Assembly: GCA_048213135.1 (NCBI GenBank)
Contig: PS015064.1
Location: forward strand, 62,001 to 101,207
Reading direction: 5' to 3'
From: Reclinomonas americana ATCC 50394
Taxonomy: Eukaryota
DNA: 39,207 nucleotides
Notes under the pieces: model-generated
Told to the model about the DNA's origin: nothing
Seen by the model: only the letters and a program-made list of their open reading frames with translations
Database searches by the model: none
Part shown: in pieces, positions 35,101 to 39,207 of the stretch
How positions within the stretch are numbered: position 1 is the first letter of the stretch
Layout of the letters: each line of letters opens with the position of its first letter
Translations under genes and position numbers: made by a program

Positions 35101-37749
35101 CAATGAGACCGTTGGTGTAATCCAAGTGGGCGCTGATGGGGCAAGTTGCAGTGAGGGAGCGAGCTCAAGCGAGTACCACGTTTTCAAAGCGTGAGAAATA
35201 CCTGCGGAGGTGGTGATGGAAACCACGGTGCCGGAGAGTACGGGTGTGGATGCTGCCGCACGCACAAAGTATGTCGTCGCCGGCATCAACTGTGAAACTG
35301 TCGCGGAAAATGTCACCAGCTGCGAATCGCCCGCTGCGGTGGACGCAGAGGCGGCGACCGTGGTTGCTGGGAGCGCGACCTGCCGAAGTAGCACATTTCC
35401 CGTGTCTAACGCAGCAGTTAGTCAGTCTCAACAACGACCAAACGAGGCATGACAAAGTGGGGCAAACGCGCCAGCAACAAGCAGTCGTCCACGCGCCAAG
35501 TCAACAGCAAGCCCACGCTGGCAAGAGTTGGAGTAGATGATGAGGGACTGAATGAGGAAAGGGAGCGGAAGAACAGAACTGCCGGCACACACCGGAGACG
35601 ACAGCCGTGAATTGCTAACAGAGCCGTCTGCCAATCCACTTGTACCAGGTAAGCCGGCGACAACACCAAGAGAGCCGTCCACCAACGACACGCGTCGAAC
35701 AACGTGATTTGGCGTCTGACAACGAACACAATGAGTTATACCGTCGTCGTGAGGAGATTGGAAACCTCACGCTTCGCAGGTCGCAACATCAGCAATGAAC
35801 AGCATCTGGCCTGCAACATCGAGAGCAACCGTCGCGACGGCGGACAGCACAGCTGTGGTCGACGACACTGTCGATACTGTCAGCGTCGCGAGGTCGACAA
35901 GGCGGATGGTGTGGTTGCCCGCATCGGCGACATACAGCAGGCCGCGATTCGGATCGACGACCACATTGGTGGGCGAGCTGAACCTGGCCGAGCGTGCGAC
36001 AGCGTCGACGAAGCCCTGCTGGCCGGGGGAGCCAACAAGTGTGGCGGTGATGCCTCCATACGAGACTCGTCTGCACACGGACACGGAATGGGCGAAGAGA
36101 GAGATAGGGGGAGAAGGAGAGAGGAAAGGGAGGAGAGACACAGACAGAATGGAGGGAGGAGAGACACAGACAGAACGGAGGAAGGGAGAGAAAGAAGGAG
36201 GAGAGAGACACACACACGCACACTTCAACGCAAGCGAGTTGCAATCGTGCGGCCACAAGTAGTACTCACCGAATAGAGTGATTCAGCGTGTCGGCCACGT
36301 AAACACACTCGTGATTCGTATTGGGATCCGCGGCAAGACCCTGCGGTCCACCAAACTGCGCGGCAACAGTGGTCCCGCGTGGTCGGTCAGCAGTACCCTG
36401 GCTGCCGTTGCCGGCCAGCGTGGACACAGTGGTGCCGACAATCGAGCGAATGGCATGGTTGGATTCCTGAGCACGTGCGCAGTGAGACGAGGTTGTGCTA
36501 CGGGGCAGCGCAATCGCACGCAACTTCGGAGACGTAAATTACTTGCGTGTATGGGTCAACGAATACATCAGTAGGGCTGAGGAAAGAGGGTCAACAAATA
36601 CCGTTGACGTAAACGAGCACAGCAAGAGGAAACTCACTGCGAAAAGAGCGCAGTGCTGGTGCCGTTGGCAAAGCCCGGCGTTGCGACAACGCCAGCCAAG
36701 ACACTCACAATGCCAGTGGCAGTCACTTTGCGAACGACATGCGTACTGCACGGTGATATGGAAGAGTGAGTTGCGACACAAACACAGTGGGCTCATGAAT
36801 AAAACATACGCACTCGTACTCTGCGACAAACACATTGCCGGTGGCGTCGACCGCAACACCCTGTGTGCAAACAAAGTGGCCGAGCGTGAGCGATCTCACA
36901 TCAACACGAGGTGGTGCCTCTGTCCCACAAAAGCACACACCCGCGGGGAAGAGAACGTGGTCTGCACGGTAGAGACCGAAATCGCTCCTTCGATGGCACT
37001 GGACACACCAGAGATTTGGAAACCGAGGCCATCCACCGCGGTGCCGGCACTCGAGAGGACAGAGCCCTGCAGCGTGATGGTGGTGCTCGTCGTCGCAGAG
37101 GGAGCGAGGGTGGTGATGGTGATGCCGGAAGGATCACCTGCGCATGCAACACGTTGTAAGAACCCCAGCCAAGATTCTCTCCCTGTCTTCGCCAACGAAA
37201 CTTTGCGTGTGCACGACTGGTTTGCGACTCGAGCACGGCACCGACAGCAGCACCACCTTCTCGACGGAGAGCGGCGGACCCGACCTCATTATCATCATCG
37301 GCCGCATATCGTGATGGCCGGTGTCGCTGCCGTCATCCATCTCCGTCGCACGAACACGCACGAGTTGCAAACACGACATGTTGTACTCGTCCACTCCCAC
37401 TGCTGCCGAGGCGGCGGGCGGCGGCGGGGGCGTCGGCATCCACCACAACTCGCAACCATTGGCGATGCGCAGAGAGGCAGTCGGGGCCTCGGCGACAAGG
37501 GAAAATGAGTGTCGTTGGTGGCGATTGGCGTCGACAGCGAGGAGTGTGACAAGGAGGACACCAAGTCCGCGTGAGGAGGGAGGAGGAGGGAGGAGAGGGG
37601 GTGAAGTTGTTGTCGGGAGGAACTCAATATCCGATGGCGCGACATTGGCTGTGGCGCGCGGTGCATGCGGTGAGAAGAAGAAGAGGAGGAGGAGGAGGAG
37701 GAGGAGGAGGATGAGGAGGGAGAGAGAGANNNNNNNNNNNNNNNNNNNN

Positions 37750-37786
<37 letters not shown>

Positions 37787-38537
37787 CGTAAGAGCAGACC
37801 TTCGGCGATCACGAACGAGGCCTGGATGCGAGTGCGCTCCATTCGATGACTGGCCAGTGGCACCGCAGACTCACGGGCGTCGTTGCTGTCGCTGTCGACT
37901 GGCGGCATTCTCACGTGCATGGCACAACGCACAGTGACCATCAACGGCGACCCCAGCACTCCACTCTCACCCATGACGAGCTCATGGCCGTGAACGCCTC
38001 TGCGCACGGCGAAAAGGTGCGAGTCCCTGCCGCCGCCCTCCTCGTCATCCACGGTGGCACAGTCGTCGATGATCACCGCGAGCAAAACAGAACCCGCATC
38101 ATCTGCGTCCGCTCGAAGCTCGCCAATCACTTCACCGCGTGTTGATGGTGGTGTGTATGCAGGTGACGTGGGCACCAGCAGGAGGCGGGCTGTGTGAGAG
38201 AGACAAGCATCAGAACAACGCTCATTTTAATTGATGCATTGATCAATGCGACGACGCGTATCGATCACGCTGCGGGTGGCAATCGTGGCACAGCAGTCTG
38301 CGTGATGTATAGTGTGCACAAGGAGAGAGAAGAGAAGACGCGAGAAGCAAAGAGGAAGAAAAGACGCAGAACATGTTCATAGTAGCGCAACGCGCATGGC
38401 GGACACGCAGAGAAGTGCATTGTGCTCTTGATAGAACACGACTCACCATTGCGCTGCTCAAGCAGTGGCTCCGCGGAAACACACAGCGTGTGCAGGCGGC
38501 ATGCCACTACGAGCACCAGCAAGAGCGCAGTACGCAT
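8781..38537 (-). CDS. Giant multi-exon polycystin-1-like (REJ-GAIN/GPS-5TM) adhesion receptor with cadherin, FN3/NHL, EGF and Ig-like ectodomain
   Basis: Signal peptide at 38537, many phase-compatible GT-AG junctions and a colinear domain order. PKD1-type motifs HSWVS..FRRTQRVT|VLWFAVCLALYTNAVF, IGIISG and DILINEPLKIAFFAFL are present; stop TGA at 8783-8781. Not every junction was resolved, so single-gene status is inferred. Confidence 0.78.
10095..11325. repeat. Degenerate CT-rich repeat array in intron 9879-11327
   Basis: Recurring TTCCACACTT, CGGCTCTCTCTTGCCCTTC..GTTAC and CTCATGTCTCTCGCCGCTCTCCC blocks. Confidence 0.75.
15296..16010. repeat. Minisatellite (~100 bp unit) in intron 14976-16341
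   Basis: CTGTGCACCGTGACTGCACACAACGCGACAGTC..TGAAGAGTTCTGGTAGTTCTCCATCCCCT near 15297, 15400, 15496, 15597, with diverged copies near 15780 and 15905. Confidence 0.9.
17328..17520 (-). CDS. GPS autoproteolysis motif of the GAIN domain
   Basis: CVFWNETRQQWISDGC ... CRCNHMTDFSV; H-M-T at 17345-17337. Confidence 0.9.
18685..19615. repeat. Minisatellite (~95-135 bp unit, 8 copies) in intron 18600-19764
   Basis: CGCCACCGACATGCAGCAATCGGTGAGTGTG..ACGCAAGTGAGAG..CTACTC cores separated by CT-rich spacers. Confidence 0.9.
20240..21520 (-). CDS. REJ/PKD-type domain
   Basis: VFTWTCSFGGTPC; NDLPTAGNLAITPLSGVARFTAFTFTMTDFVDKDQP; LQVGVTVRDVYGAS, resembling REJ motifs of the polycystin-1 family. Confidence 0.75.
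23090..25680 (-). CDS. Six ~110-120 aa IPT/TIG-like Ig-fold repeats
   Basis: Recurring pattern P..h....hTh.G.Gh....hR.V.h....C ... hP.G.(W/Y/F).VCV(D/E). Confidence 0.65.
25735..25935 (-). CDS. EGF-like domain (laminin/stabilin-type spacing)
   Basis: DCSSVAYGPVCT|ACPCQNGGVCNSGVAGDGSCTCPPLFKFTSICS. Confidence 0.8.
25935..37140 (-). CDS. Six FN3-like/NHL beta-propeller modules
   Basis: Many NHL blades (e.g. TIAGSVGVPGSTDAVGTGASFHSPIGLALDSNQKVLYVADTGNLIVRKI) grouped into six blocks, each bracketed by the two halves of an FN3-like domain. Confidence 0.88.
37220..38190 (-). CDS. Two cadherin-like domains
   Basis: GEVIGELRADADD..LFAV..VTVR, followed by ANVAPSDI..TLLAVDAN..HSFSLV..LRIANGCEL..VRVRATE..LSVEKVV, matching the cadherin-like pattern by eye. 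Confidence 0.55.
38447..38537 (-). CDS. First exon of giant receptor: signal peptide
   Basis: MRTALLLVLVVACRLHTLCVSA-EP; phase-1 GTGAGT donor at 38446 joins in frame to the CACAG acceptor near 38190 (ARLLLVPTSP). Confidence 0.75.
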
Positions 38538-38922
38538 GAGACGCTGTGTGCGTGGATGCGAATCACACTTGGAAGTTAAGTTTGTCTAATTTTCAAGTGA
38601 ACTTTGATGCTCGCAGCTGAACGAAGGAACTCGCTGAATGACGGCGTTCTTGTTGTAATGGAGCGCATGCACATACGTTGCACTCTCTGCCCAGCGAGTC
38701 ACTTTGCAGCGTCGGTTGTTTGTCCTCGTCAGAGAGAGAGAGAGAGGGAAAGAGGAGAGGGAGGGAAAGAGAGAGGGAGGGAGTGAGGGAGAGAGAGTGG
38801 GAGGGAGAGGGAGAGCTAGAGAGAGTACGCCAGGCGAAGAAAGCACATGATAACTATGGTGTGTCCCTGTGTCGTGTCTCCACCACTGTGACATCAATCT
38901 CATTCTCTCTCGCTCTCTCTCG

Positions 38923-39030
38923 TCCGTCTCTCACGACGGCCTGCACGTGATAAGTGGCAGTGATAATTGCACTGTGCGTGTGTGGCCTGTCGCCAGTGGG
39001 GATGACTTGCGACAGTGGAAGGGACACACA
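38923..39030 (+). pseudogene. Single orphan WD40 repeat of the same family
   Basis: Translates SVSHDGLHVISGSDNCTVRVWPVASGDDLRQWKGHT. Similarity then ends and a stop follows at 39075. Confidence 0.75.
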
Positions 39031-39074
39031 GTCTTCGAAACCACAACTGCGTCAACGGAGTCACATAGATCCTG

Positions 39075-39207
39075 ATGTGTGGGGTGCTGGTTGCATCCCT
39101 GCAAGGAATGGAGGACGTCTCAGAGCAAGCCGGGAGAGGGAAGCGACGATGACAACGAACCTCGCTGAGCGAGCGATCGCGCGAGCAAACAACACGTCCA
39201 ACACACA
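39075..39207 (+). repeat. Diverged partial copy of the WD40 upstream element
   Basis: GGTGCTGGTTGCA..ATGGAGGACGTCTCAGAGCAAGCCGGGAGA matches ~235-290 and ~3880-3935. Confidence 0.7.

Noticed and set aside
25935-37140. Bacterial contamination suggested by bacterial-style NHL repeats
   Set aside because: The region is densely interrupted by spliceosomal introns and colinear with eukaryotic REJ/GPS domains.
29211-37508. Long + strand ORFs (29211-30209, 32573-33340, 36495-37508)
   Set aside because: Antisense to the NHL/FN3 exons with no recognisable domains.

Overview
Intron-rich eukaryotic (protist-like) genomic DNA with short GT-AG introns, CT/GA microsatellites and five N gaps. It holds two systems. 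(1) On the + strand, three tandem paralogous 7-repeat WD40 genes (368-1557, 4134-5323, 5450-7754). Each starts with a 4-codon M-x-T-K micro-exon, has homogenised repeats with a few hypervariable codons, and ends in a shared ~50-aa helical tail. A relic repeat and part of the same upstream element recur at the far end (38923-39207). (2) On the - strand, one ~29.8 kb gene (38537 to 8781) encodes a giant polycystin-1/adhesion-type receptor: signal peptide, two cadherin-like domains, six FN3 domains each split by an inserted NHL propeller, EGF, six IPT/Ig-like repeats, FN3s, REJ, GAIN/GPS and five PKD1-like TM helices with a very large repeated cytoplasmic loop. Its introns often use a GTTGCG donor, and its long introns carry core-plus-microsatellite arrays. 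Gene models were assembled by eye; no database search was run.
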